From the sequence record SRR31156797_19539: 32,748 nt of DNA. One strand, written 5' to 3'. This document shows, in pieces, positions 9,414 through 18,122 of this stretch (within the stretch, counting starts at the first letter, position 1; each line of letters starts with the position of its first letter). The notes under the pieces were generated by a model. That model made no database searches. It worked only from the letters and a program-made list of their open reading frames with translations, and was not told the origin of the DNA. A program made the translations under genes and the position numbers.

Positions 9414-9794
9414 ATGAATTCACTTGTTATAGAGGGTAGCCCTAAAACACCAACCATTAAATTCGACGGAAGTAATGGTTCGTTTTCTATTGAAGGAAGA
9501 TCTATTCCTGAAAATTCACTGGATTTTTACAAGCCTGTAATGGAATGGTTGGACACTTATGTTGTTGAGCCACAAAATGAGACTGTTTTTACCGTAAAAT
9601 TGGAATATTTTAATACCAGTTCATCAAAATGTATACTTGATGTTTTTAAAAAATTAGAGACCATTTTTAAGCGTGGAAATAAGGTGAGTATCAAATGGCA
9701 TTACGAAGAGGATGATGAAGATATGCTAGAAGCTGGTGAAGATTACCAGTCTATCATTAAAATTCCGTTTGTAATGATTGAGGATGAAGAGTAA
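9414..9794 (+). CDS. siaC: SiaC-family regulatory phosphoprotein (DUF1987)
   Basis: KTPTIKFD, IEGRSIPEN, LEYFNTSSSK (phospho-Thr motif), WHYEEDDEDMLEAGEDY. Confidence 0.9.
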   Translation: MNSLVIEGSPKTPTIKFDGSNGSFSIEGRSIPENSLDFYKPVMEWLDTYVVEPQNETVFTVKLEYFNTSSSKCILDVFKKLETIFKRGNKVSIKWHYEEDDEDMLEAGEDYQSIIKIPFVMIEDEE

Positions 9795-9814
9795 TTGTTA
9801 AAATGATTATATAG

Positions 9815-9846
9815 AAAACCGCAAACTTTTAGTTTGCGGTTTTTTT
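9815..9846. terminator. Bidirectional terminator between siaC and the ABC gene
   Basis: AAAACCGCAAACT-TTT-AGTTTGCGGTTTT, with A-tract and T-tract flanks. Confidence 0.85.
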
Positions 9847-12800
9847 ATTTGTTAATTTTTTTTCGATTAAACTTACGATCAAAAATACCAAGAGCTTTCT
9901 TAAGAAGACCGTAATACAATACAAAGTAAAGCCCTAAACTAGTCATCCAAATCACAATAATATTTACCCAATAGGTGTCGTAATATTGACCAAATATTCG
10001 TTTTTGTGGTGCATAAAAATGCGCCTTTAAGAAATGATTCCCTGGATCGCGATAAATTGGATCAATTTTTTGAAATAATTGCCCATTGTACTCTATTATT
10101 CTCTCTATATCATTACTATTTCGAACAAATTCACTTAAGCGTTCGTTCGAATACGATTTTTTCATTTTAACAAAATCCTGCTTGTTATCGAACTGCTTTT
10201 GTAATGACATCAAATGTTCATCTTTCTTACGATTCGATACATTATATAAATTAATATAATAGCGATTTATCTTATCGAAATAAGCTCTTAATTGAACAAT
10301 TGTAGATTTATTCAAGTCGATTGGAGTTAGCTTATCTAATCCTTTAAATTTAAAAGAAAGTAAATTAAGATCTTCAATTGTTAGTTCGTTTTTAAGAAGA
10401 TCCAGATTCGATTCCAGTTTATCTAATTTATCCGGATTATTTAAATATCGTTCGCATTCATTTAATTTATTCTTGAGGATTGGAAGCCAATAGTTTTTTC
10501 GATAATCAGCCTTACTCATTAACTTTTCATACACATAAAAGTTTGCTGTAAAATCGTTATCCTTAAATTGCTTTACTGCAAGAGCTTCGTATGCCCAACG
10601 TGCTGTTATTATTTCTCCATACCAAGGAATCGAATTTGGAGTAGATATGTTAGGATTTAATTTGTCAAATTTTACAATGATTCCACTTAATATTAATTGT
10701 GGAATAAGAATAAAAGGTATTAAAATATAGATGGTAATTACCGTTTTAAAACTGTCTGAGATTATTAAACCAAGCATGTTGGCAAAACACCAGGCACTAA
10801 ATAAAGCCAACCAATAATAGAAGAACATTCCTTGAATTTCTAATATGGAATTTCCGATTAAGGTGAATAAGAAAGCCTGAAAGGCAGATATTGAAAATAG
10901 GATTACAATTTTAGAGATTAGATATCCTGAAGTACTCAAATTTAAAAATCGTTCCCGTTTTAATATTTTTCGATCTTTAATAATCTCCTCGGCACTAAGT
11001 GTTAAACCTATAAATAAGGCAACAATTACCGCCATAAACAAATAAACAGGTAGGTTGCTGTTGTTACTAAAAGTATAACCCAGTTCATTTCCTGCATCTA
11101 CATTATAAAATTTAATGATATAGGATAAAATAAATGCAAGTAATGGAGTTTCAAATAAATTGATAAATAGATACTGTCGATTGGCTAATTTGGATATCAC
11201 ATCACGTTTGGTAAAAACCCAAAATTGCTTAAATGCCGATGGTATTTTAAAAGTAACCGGAGGTAGTTCATCGCAGTCATTAATATCTTTGTTGTTTCCA
11301 CGATAATCTTTAAATCTTTGATACCATTGTACAGGAGTAACCTTTCTCGTTTGCGTAGGTGTTCCATATTCATCTAATACTTCAGACTCTACAATGTTGA
11401 ATATCTGGTCAGCATCTACATTACCGCAGGAATTACATTCACTTTCGGTTCTGTTGGCTCGTAAAGTTTGTGATTTAAAATAGGTTATTGCATCAAGAGG
11501 ATTTCCATTAAATATTAAATAACCTCCAGTATCCAGAATTAAAAGGCGATCGAACATTTTAAACGTATCAGAAGCCGGCTGGTGAATCACCACAAAAATC
11601 AATTTTCCCTTTAAAGCAAGGTTTTTTAAAAGATCCATAATTTTAGCAGAATCTCTTGAGGATAAACCAGAAGTTGGTTCATCTAAAAATAAAACCGAAG
11701 GCTCCCGAATTAATTCCAGAGCAATATTTAGGCGCTTGCGTTGTCCTCCACTAATTTTTTTATCTAAAGGATTACCAACTTTTAAGTTGCGTGCATCATA
11801 TAATCCGAGGTCTTTTAAAAGTTTTAGAGAAATACGAATCAGCTGAAAGTTGGTATATTTATCGAAACAAAGCTTGGCATTAAAATACAAATTCTCGAAA
11901 ACGGTAAGTGATTCAATAAGCAAATCATCTTGAGAAACATGTCCAACAACTCCTTCAATCTTTTCTTTATCTTGAGTTATCTCATATCCATTTATGGCAA
12001 CTTTACCTTTATTTGGTTCAGCTGATCCATTTAGAACATTCAGTAAAGTGGTTTTACCAGCACCACTGGATCCAATTACACCAACCATTTTACCCGATTC
12101 TTCCTTAAATGAAAGATCGTGTACTCCAATATTGTTTTCCTTGAATCGGTATTCAATATTTTTAGCCTCGAAAACTACGCGCTTATGTGTGTGGTCACGA
12201 TAAAAAGTACCAACAATATCGCTAAAATAAATTGGATCAATTTTAGGATTTCGGATGGATGATCCCTGATTTAAAACATGTACTCTTTCTGGATTTAAAG
12301 GCTGACCATTCATGAAAAGTTCTTCGATTCCTTTGAATCTCATCACAAACATATTTACCCTTTGCAGGCGAAGAATTTTGATTTGACCTATTAAACCTGA
12401 CGAATAGTAGTGTTTACTATTATCGTGAAAACTTTCCGAATTATTTACAGTTAATAAGCGTTTATTGTCATTTATTTCATCAAAATCGCTTAAAACAAAA
12501 TTCCTTAACCTTTCATAGCCATCTTTTGGTAAATTAAATGTTTCGGCAACAGTTTCTACAAATGCAAATTCCTGTTCGCTAATTTCATCTTCTGAACTTA
12601 AGAATTCAAGCAATTGTATTAGAACAATTACCTTTTGGCGATAGATTAACTCTTCATTTATTTCGGTACAAATTCGAAGAACTCTTACCGAACTTGATGA
12701 AGTATATTTTTTAATTTTAGATTTCTTGTTTGTTCTTCTCTGATTAGCCTCATAATGCGTATCATACAAGGCAAGATACTCTTCTGCAGTCTCTTGATCC

Positions 12801-12913
12801 AGTTGTTGTTTCAAATACTTGGATACCATTCTACGCCTATCAATTTCTGAACTTTTAGGGTGTGCAATGATAGCGAAGAGTTGCATTAAAGCTTTAAGAA
12901 TTCTTTCACTCAT
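9845..12913 (-). CDS. ABCG/White-like ABC transporter (NBD then ABC-2-type TMD) with N-terminal TerB-like extension
   Basis: Walker A GSSGAGKTT (12047-12073), Q-loop VSQDD, ISGGQRKRLNIALEL, LFLDEPTSGL, H-loop VIHQP. Six C-terminal hydrophobic segments with PQLILSG and RWAYEAL. Confidence 0.88.
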   Translation of the reverse strand: MSERILKALMQLFAIIAHPKSSEIDRRRMVSKYLKQQLDQETAEEYLALYDTHYEANQRRTNKKSKIKKYTSSSSVRVLRICTEINEELIYRQKVIVLIQLLEFLSSEDEISEQEFAFVETVAETFNLPKDGYERLRNFVLSDFDEINDNKRLLTVNNSESFHDNSKHYYSSGLIGQIKILRLQRVNMFVMRFKGIEELFMNGQPLNPERVHVLNQGSSIRNPKIDPIYFSDIVGTFYRDHTHKRVVFEAKNIEYRFKENNIGVHDLSFKEESGKMVGVIGSSGAGKTTLLNVLNGSAEPNKGKVAINGYEITQDKEKIEGVVGHVSQDDLLIESLTVFENLYFNAKLCFDKYTNFQLIRISLKLLKDLGLYDARNLKVGNPLDKKISGGQRKRLNIALELIREPSVLFLDEPTSGLSSRDSAKIMDLLKNLALKGKLIFVVIHQPASDTFKMFDRLLILDTGGYLIFNGNPLDAITYFKSQTLRANRTESECNSCGNVDADQIFNIVESEVLDEYGTPTQTRKVTPVQWYQRFKDYRGNNKDINDCDELPPVTFKIPSAFKQFWVFTKRDVISKLANRQYLFINLFETPLLAFILSYIIKFYNVDAGNELGYTFSNNSNLPVYLFMAVIVALFIGLTLSAEEIIKDRKILKRERFLNLSTSGYLISKIVILFSISAFQAFLFTLIGNSILEIQGMFFYYWLALFSAWCFANMLGLIISDSFKTVITIYILIPFILIPQLILSGIIVKFDKLNPNISTPNSIPWYGEIITARWAYEALAVKQFKDNDFTANFYVYEKLMSKADYRKNYWLPILKNKLNECERYLNNPDKLDKLESNLDLLKNELTIEDLNLLSFKFKGLDKLTPIDLNKSTIVQLRAYFDKINRYYINLYNVSNRKKDEHLMSLQKQFDNKQDFVKMKKSYSNERLSEFVRNSNDIERIIEYNGQLFQKIDPIYRDPGNHFLKAHFYAPQKRIFGQYYDTYWVNIIVIWMTSLGLYFVLYYGLLKKALGIFDRKFNRKKINK

Positions 12914-12962
12914 AGAATGGTATTAAAAAATAGGATGATAGTAAAATAGTAGCAGTGTTGTT

Positions 12963-13382
12963 TTATTGTTTAAATCCAATTAGCATTAATACAAAACCTG
13001 AACTAATGTTTTTTTGATTCAATTTTGCCTCAATGGTACAATTCATTGAATTCTCGAATTTAAAATCCCAATAGGGAGAATTTTTATGATCTCTGTTTGT
13101 GAAAAGTAAGTTGTTCTCCTGATCGTAAATTGAGAAAATAACATTTCCTTCATCCTTGCCTGTAGCTCCAACTATTCGATAATGGTTATCAGCGTAAAAA
13201 GTGGTATGAAACTCGGCAATTTCACCTCCAGATAGTAAGGCTTTGTATTGCTGTCCATCAGAAATATATTCTGTGCCAAAATGTTTGGTGCAATTTTCCA
13301 ATGTAACATCGGTTTGTCCTTTCGATATATTACTTAATCCCAGAATAAACGTGAATATTAGAATGGTATATTTAAGATTCAT
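12963..13382 (-). CDS. Hypothetical secreted protein, predicted beta-rich
   Basis: Signal peptide ending SKG|Q; 139 aa; co-oriented with its neighbours with 18-nt and 49-nt gaps. Confidence 0.75.
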   Translation of the reverse strand: MNLKYTILIFTFILGLSNISKGQTDVTLENCTKHFGTEYISDGQQYKALLSGGEIAEFHTTFYADNHYRIVGATGKDEGNVIFSIYDQENNLLFTNRDHKNSPYWDFKFENSMNCTIEAKLNQKNISSGFVLMLIGFKQ

Positions 13383-13400
13383 AAGTTTAAATTTTCTTTA

Positions 13401-14333
13401 TTATTTAATAATGTGATCGCGAATGATCCCAACCTTTTCTGAAATTTTAGCTAACTGTGCTTTATTCATTACCATTTCCGATTTACTTTTTACTATGGTA
13501 AGTTTTTTCTTTGAATCGGTTATAGGGGCAACAAATTTGTATTGATGATCAATTTCATCAAAAGTATAGGCTAAATCAATTAAGCGATCAACCAAAAAGT
13601 AGTAGTCTTTTGACTCATTTGAATAAGGAACCAAAAGTTTAATAAGATTTTCTAAAGGTCTTTTTTGCTCCGAAATTCTTTTCATTAGTTCTTTGTTCGA
13701 ATGATCATTTATTTGTTGGGTTAGTAAATAAATTGATTCTATCCAACCACCAGCTAAAATAAGAGCACCAGTGTTTTCTCGATTATTTGCTTTTAAATAA
13801 TTGTCAATTTTACGGTAAGTGTTACTAACAATAACAAGTAAGGAATCTCTATTCTCGATATTATTTTCAATTCGCTTAACAGTCGGTTTATCCATTGCAT
13901 TATACAAACCTACATCTTGCGATAAAATTTTGAGTACTGCAAAATAACTTGCAGCATCCTGAGTTTGCTTGTAAATGTTAATGTAACCAAGATCGGAACC
14001 ATAAACGCCAAAGTTTACAGCCTTACTAAAGTTATCAACGTAATCACCCGCTTTTTTGGTCGGATTTAGTAAATCTTTATTGTAAGAGATACCAGATTTC
14101 TCTAATAAAAGTGAAATTTGATAAGGAGAAGGCAAACTAAATAGAATATTGTTGTACTTGAAAATATTCCCTGTTTTCTCCACATCCTTCATTATCTCCT
14201 CTTCAGTTGTTTTTTCAATTGAAGCTTCTTGCTTTTGATTTTCTGATGGTTGTAAAATCAAAAAAGTAATAATTGCTGCAACAGAGATCAGGATTAAAAA
14301 TTTAATACTGTTTGGGATTCGTTTTTTAGGCAT
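13401..14333 (-). CDS. Hypothetical N-terminally membrane-anchored helical protein
   Basis: Single hydrophobic segment FLILISVAAIITFLIL after a basic N-terminus. Motif-like blocks LPSP, NFGVYGSDLGY and ALILAGGWIESIYL. Confidence 0.75.
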   Translation of the reverse strand: MPKKRIPNSIKFLILISVAAIITFLILQPSENQKQEASIEKTTEEEIMKDVEKTGNIFKYNNILFSLPSPYQISLLLEKSGISYNKDLLNPTKKAGDYVDNFSKAVNFGVYGSDLGYINIYKQTQDAASYFAVLKILSQDVGLYNAMDKPTVKRIENNIENRDSLLVIVSNTYRKIDNYLKANNRENTGALILAGGWIESIYLLTQQINDHSNKELMKRISEQKRPLENLIKLLVPYSNESKDYYFLVDRLIDLAYTFDEIDHQYKFVAPITDSKKKLTIVKSKSEMVMNKAQLAKISEKVGIIRDHIIK

Positions 14334-14519
14334 TTTGTCTAACTTAAAAATTATTAAGCCAATGTAGGTAGAAAAAAAATGTTCTCAAAGCTATAGTATT
14401 ACTACATGTTTAGCAATTAAAACCTGAATTTTCGACCTGATGTTGAAGCATGTCCACATCGATTGGTAGTTCTTGTTTAATTTATTCTATCATTATTACT
14501 GTATTTATGCGAAAAAGGA

Positions 14520-14527
14520 TACATTTG
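14520..14527 (+). promoter_or_regulatory. -7 promoter element for the S9 peptidase gene
   Basis: TACATTTG, 45 nt upstream of the ATG at 14573. Confidence 0.55.
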
Positions 14528-14572
14528 AACGCAAAAATTTTTTAAAAGAAATTTAACAACAAACTTTACAAC

Positions 14573-16726
14573 ATGAAAAGATTTATCCTTTTAAGCTATT
14601 TATTAATCAATTGCGGCTTATTCCTGAGTTTGCAAGCTCAGCCAAAAAATTTATCAATGGAAGATGCTATTCTGGGGCAATGGAGACAATTTTACCCGGA
14701 AAACTTATCTCAACTATCGTGGAAAGGGGAGAGCAACCTTATTTCATATGCGGAAGGAGAAGATATTCTTGCTGGAGCTCCAGGAAAAGAAGCTAAGTCT
14801 ATTTTTACTTTAACAGATTTTAATACGATTTTGAAAGCGGAAGAAAATACTGAGTTAAAAAGATTACCGCGTTACAGATGGATTAACTCTAATGTTCTTC
14901 AGTTTAGAAGAGCAAATAAAATATATCAAATTAACATTGAGGATAAGAAGTTGGTTTTTGAACTTGATGTTAATTCTAAAGCTGAAAACGAGGAGTTTTG
15001 TCAGAAGAATAAATCAATAGCTTATACGATCGATAATAACTTATACATTGCCAATAAGAATGGAGAATTAGCAGTTACGTCTGATTCAGATAAAAATATT
15101 GTGAATGGTCAGGCGGTTAGTCGAAGTGAATATGGCATTAATGGCGGAATTTTTTGGGGACCACAAGGAAATCAATTGGCTTTTTATTCAAAGGATGAAA
15201 GTAAAGTTAGCTCTTTCCCAATAGTTGATATCAATACAAGAGTTGGAGATTTGCGAGAGATTAAATATCCAATGTGTGGAATGGATAGCGAAGCTGTGAA
15301 ATTAGGTGTATTCAATTTGGAAAAGAAATCAACTACTTGGATTAAACCTGATGATTTTGGCAATGATCAGTATCTTACAAATATTTCATGGGGAGCTAAT
15401 GGGCAATTCATTTATATTCAGGTGTTGAATCGTGAATCGAATCACATGAAAATGAACAAGTACAATGCTGAAACAGGAGCATTTGTTCAGACCTTGTTCG
15501 AAGAGAAAGATGATCGTTGGGTAGAGCCTTCTCATCGGTTAATTTTCATGAAAAATAAACCAAATCAATTTATTTATCAGACTAATAATCGTGATGGTTT
15601 TAATCATGCGTATTTGTATACTGTTGATGGGAAATTGGTAAAACAATTGACATCCGGAGATTGGGAGATTACTGAAATTTTAGGTTTTGATATGGCAGAG
15701 AAGAACCTGTTTTATGTGTCAACAGAAGTAAGCCCACTTGATAGACATGCCTACAAGTTAAATCTGAAATCAGGAAAGAGAACTCGCTTAACCAATGAAG
15801 AAGGATACCATTCAGTACAAGTAAGTGCTGATGGAAAATATATTATTGACAATTATAGCAGTTTAAATATTCCTAGAAAAGTAGCTGTTGCTGATACAAA
15901 AGGCAAACAAATTAAGGAGTTGGTAAATGCAAAAAACAAATTGAAAGAATACAATCTGGGTGAGATTTCCTTAGGTACTATAAAATCTGCTGATGGACAG
16001 ACTGATTTGCATTATCGCATGGTGAAACCAGCTAATTTTGATCCAAATAAAAAATATCCGGTAGTCGTTTATGTATATGGTGGACCGCATGCACAGTTGG
16101 TAACTAACAGATGGATGGGTGGTTCTCGTTTATGGGAGCAGTATATGGCACAAAGTGGTTATTTACTTTATATTTTAGATAACAGAGGTTCAGCTAACAG
16201 AGGAAAAGAGTTTGAAGCAGTTATTCATCGTCAGTGTGGTCAACCGGAAATGGCGGATCAGATGAAAGGTGTGGAGTATTTAAAATCTTTACCATATGTC
16301 GATGCTGAAAGAATTGGTGTTCATGGTTGGAGTTATGGTGGCTTTATGACCATTTCATTGCTTACAAATTATCCGGATGTATTTAAGGTTGGTGTAGCCG
16401 GAGGACCTGTAATTGATTGGAAGTGGTACGAAGTGATGTATGGAGAGCGCTATATGGATACTCCTCAGGAAAACCCTGAAGGATATGCCAAAACATCTCT
16501 AATTGCTAAAGCAAAGGATTTGAAAGGTAAACTATTGATTTGCCAGGGAGCAATTGATCCAACAGTTTTATGGCAGCACAGTTTAAATTTTATACGTGAG
16601 TGTATAAAAAATAATGTTCAGGTTGATTATTTCCCTTATCCAAGAGCAGAACACAATGTAAGAGGTCGCGATCGAATTCATTTGAAACAAAAGGTCAGCA
16701 ATTATTTTGATGATTATTTAAAATAA
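14573..16726 (+). CDS. S9B family dipeptidyl peptidase IV / prolyl tripeptidyl peptidase
   Basis: Signal peptide LQA|Q, DPPIV N-terminal propeller, VYVYGGP, DNRGS, GWSYGG nucleophile, IDPTV (Asp) and AEHNV (His). Confidence 0.93.
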   Translation: MKRFILLSYLLINCGLFLSLQAQPKNLSMEDAILGQWRQFYPENLSQLSWKGESNLISYAEGEDILAGAPGKEAKSIFTLTDFNTILKAEENTELKRLPRYRWINSNVLQFRRANKIYQINIEDKKLVFELDVNSKAENEEFCQKNKSIAYTIDNNLYIANKNGELAVTSDSDKNIVNGQAVSRSEYGINGGIFWGPQGNQLAFYSKDESKVSSFPIVDINTRVGDLREIKYPMCGMDSEAVKLGVFNLEKKSTTWIKPDDFGNDQYLTNISWGANGQFIYIQVLNRESNHMKMNKYNAETGAFVQTLFEEKDDRWVEPSHRLIFMKNKPNQFIYQTNNRDGFNHAYLYTVDGKLVKQLTSGDWEITEILGFDMAEKNLFYVSTEVSPLDRHAYKLNLKSGKRTRLTNEEGYHSVQVSADGKYIIDNYSSLNIPRKVAVADTKGKQIKELVNAKNKLKEYNLGEISLGTIKSADGQTDLHYRMVKPANFDPNKKYPVVVYVYGGPHAQLVTNRWMGGSRLWEQYMAQSGYLLYILDNRGSANRGKEFEAVIHRQCGQPEMADQMKGVEYLKSLPYVDAERIGVHGWSYGGFMTISLLTNYPDVFKVGVAGGPVIDWKWYEVMYGERYMDTPQENPEGYAKTSLIAKAKDLKGKLLICQGAIDPTVLWQHSLNFIRECIKNNVQVDYFPYPRAEHNVRGRDRIHLKQKVSNYFDDYLK

Positions 16727-16740
16727 AAGAATTAATTTTC

Positions 16741-16770
16741 GCCGGTTTCATTTTGGAACCGGCTTTTTTT
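16741..16770 (+). terminator. Intrinsic terminator
   Basis: GCCGGTTTCA-TTT-TGGAACCGGC followed by T7. Confidence 0.8.
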
Positions 16771-16789
16771 ATCTCTTAGATTTTACAAA

Positions 16790-18121
16790 TTGAAAATACA
16801 AACGAACTATTCTAATATTTGGAAAATTGCTTATCCTATTATTTTGGGTAGTGTGGCTCAGAATATAATAGCTTTAACCGATACTGCATTTTTAGGACAT
16901 TTAAGTGAAGTAGCCCTAGGAGCTGCTGCCATTGCAACTATTTTTTACTTTGCCGTTGTAATGCTTGGATGGGGATTTGGCTTGGGAACTCAAATTGTAA
17001 TTGCTCGTCGATTTGGTGAAGGGAACTATAAACGGGTTGGAAAAACATTTGATCATGCCCTGTATTTTCTCTTGGTTTTAGCCGTTTTTTTATTGGGATT
17101 TATGGAGTTTCAAGCTCCTTCCATCCTTAAATCAATTGTAAAGTCGGATGCTATTTTTCAAGCGAGTACTGATTATATTTCGGTGCGAGCCTGGGGAATA
17201 TTATTTGCCTGTATAAACCTTCTATTTCGTGCATTTTATATTGGTATTGCCAAAACTAAAATAATAAGCTGGAGTACGGCTTTTATGGCTATAATCAATA
17301 TCTTTTTAGATTATGTGTTAATTTTTGGAGAACATGGATTTCCAGAAATGGGCATAAAAGGTGCGGCATTGGCTTCCGTAATTGCAGAGGCATGTGTTTT
17401 AATTTTCTTTATTGTCTACACATTACGAAAAACTCCGGTTGAGAAATACAATTTATTCGCATTTCCGAAAATTGATAAAGACTTGTATTCTCGTTTATTA
17501 AAAGTATCATTCCCAATGATGATACAGAATTTTTTGGCTTTATCCTGCTGGTTTGTATTTTTTCTTCTGGTAGAGAAAATGGGAGAGAGAGAGTTAGCAA
17601 TTTCAAATATTATTCGAAGTATTTATGTACTAATTATGGTTCCGGTTTGGGCATTTGCATCGGCAGCAAATACTTTGGTAAGCCAGGTAATTGGAGACGG
17701 AAACCCCAAAGAGGTTTTGCCTGTAATTTTTAGAACGGTAAAATTATCATTTTTATGTGTTTTAGGGTTGGTGGGAATTAGTTTGATTAGTCCGGAGTTG
17801 GTGATTTCTATTTATACAGACGAAGTTGAATTGATTGCAGAAACAAAGCCAGTTTTATACGTGATATTTGGTGCAGCCTTACTTTTCCCAGTTGGCATTA
17901 CACTTTTTCAGGGAGTTTCAGGAACAGGAAATACATTTCATGCTATGTTAATTGAAATTGTTGTTCTGGCTTGTTACCTGGGAGGAGTTTATGTTTTAAT
18001 TGAGGTAATTCAACTCCCAATTTCGGGTGTGTGGATTTCGGAATATTTTTATGCCGGATTTTTAGCTTTAGGATCATGGCTTTACCTAAGATTTGCCAAT
18101 TGGAAAGAGAGTGAAATTTAG
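16790..18121 (+). CDS. MATE family efflux transporter
   Basis: IAYPIILG, DTAFLGHL, ARRFGEG, NIFLDYVLIFG, MGIKGAALAS; about 12 hydrophobic segments; TTG start. Confidence 0.92.
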   Translation: MKIQTNYSNIWKIAYPIILGSVAQNIIALTDTAFLGHLSEVALGAAAIATIFYFAVVMLGWGFGLGTQIVIARRFGEGNYKRVGKTFDHALYFLLVLAVFLLGFMEFQAPSILKSIVKSDAIFQASTDYISVRAWGILFACINLLFRAFYIGIAKTKIISWSTAFMAIINIFLDYVLIFGEHGFPEMGIKGAALASVIAEACVLIFFIVYTLRKTPVEKYNLFAFPKIDKDLYSRLLKVSFPMMIQNFLALSCWFVFFLLVEKMGERELAISNIIRSIYVLIMVPVWAFASAANTLVSQVIGDGNPKEVLPVIFRTVKLSFLCVLGLVGISLISPELVISIYTDEVELIAETKPVLYVIFGAALLFPVGITLFQGVSGTGNTFHAMLIEIVVLACYLGGVYVLIEVIQLPISGVWISEYFYAGFLALGSWLYLRFANWKESEI

Positions 18122-18122
18122 G

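Noticed and set aside
12480-12913. Tellurite-resistance function for the ABC gene
   Set aside because: The TerB-like resemblance is a fold-level guess only, and no ter operon genes are present.
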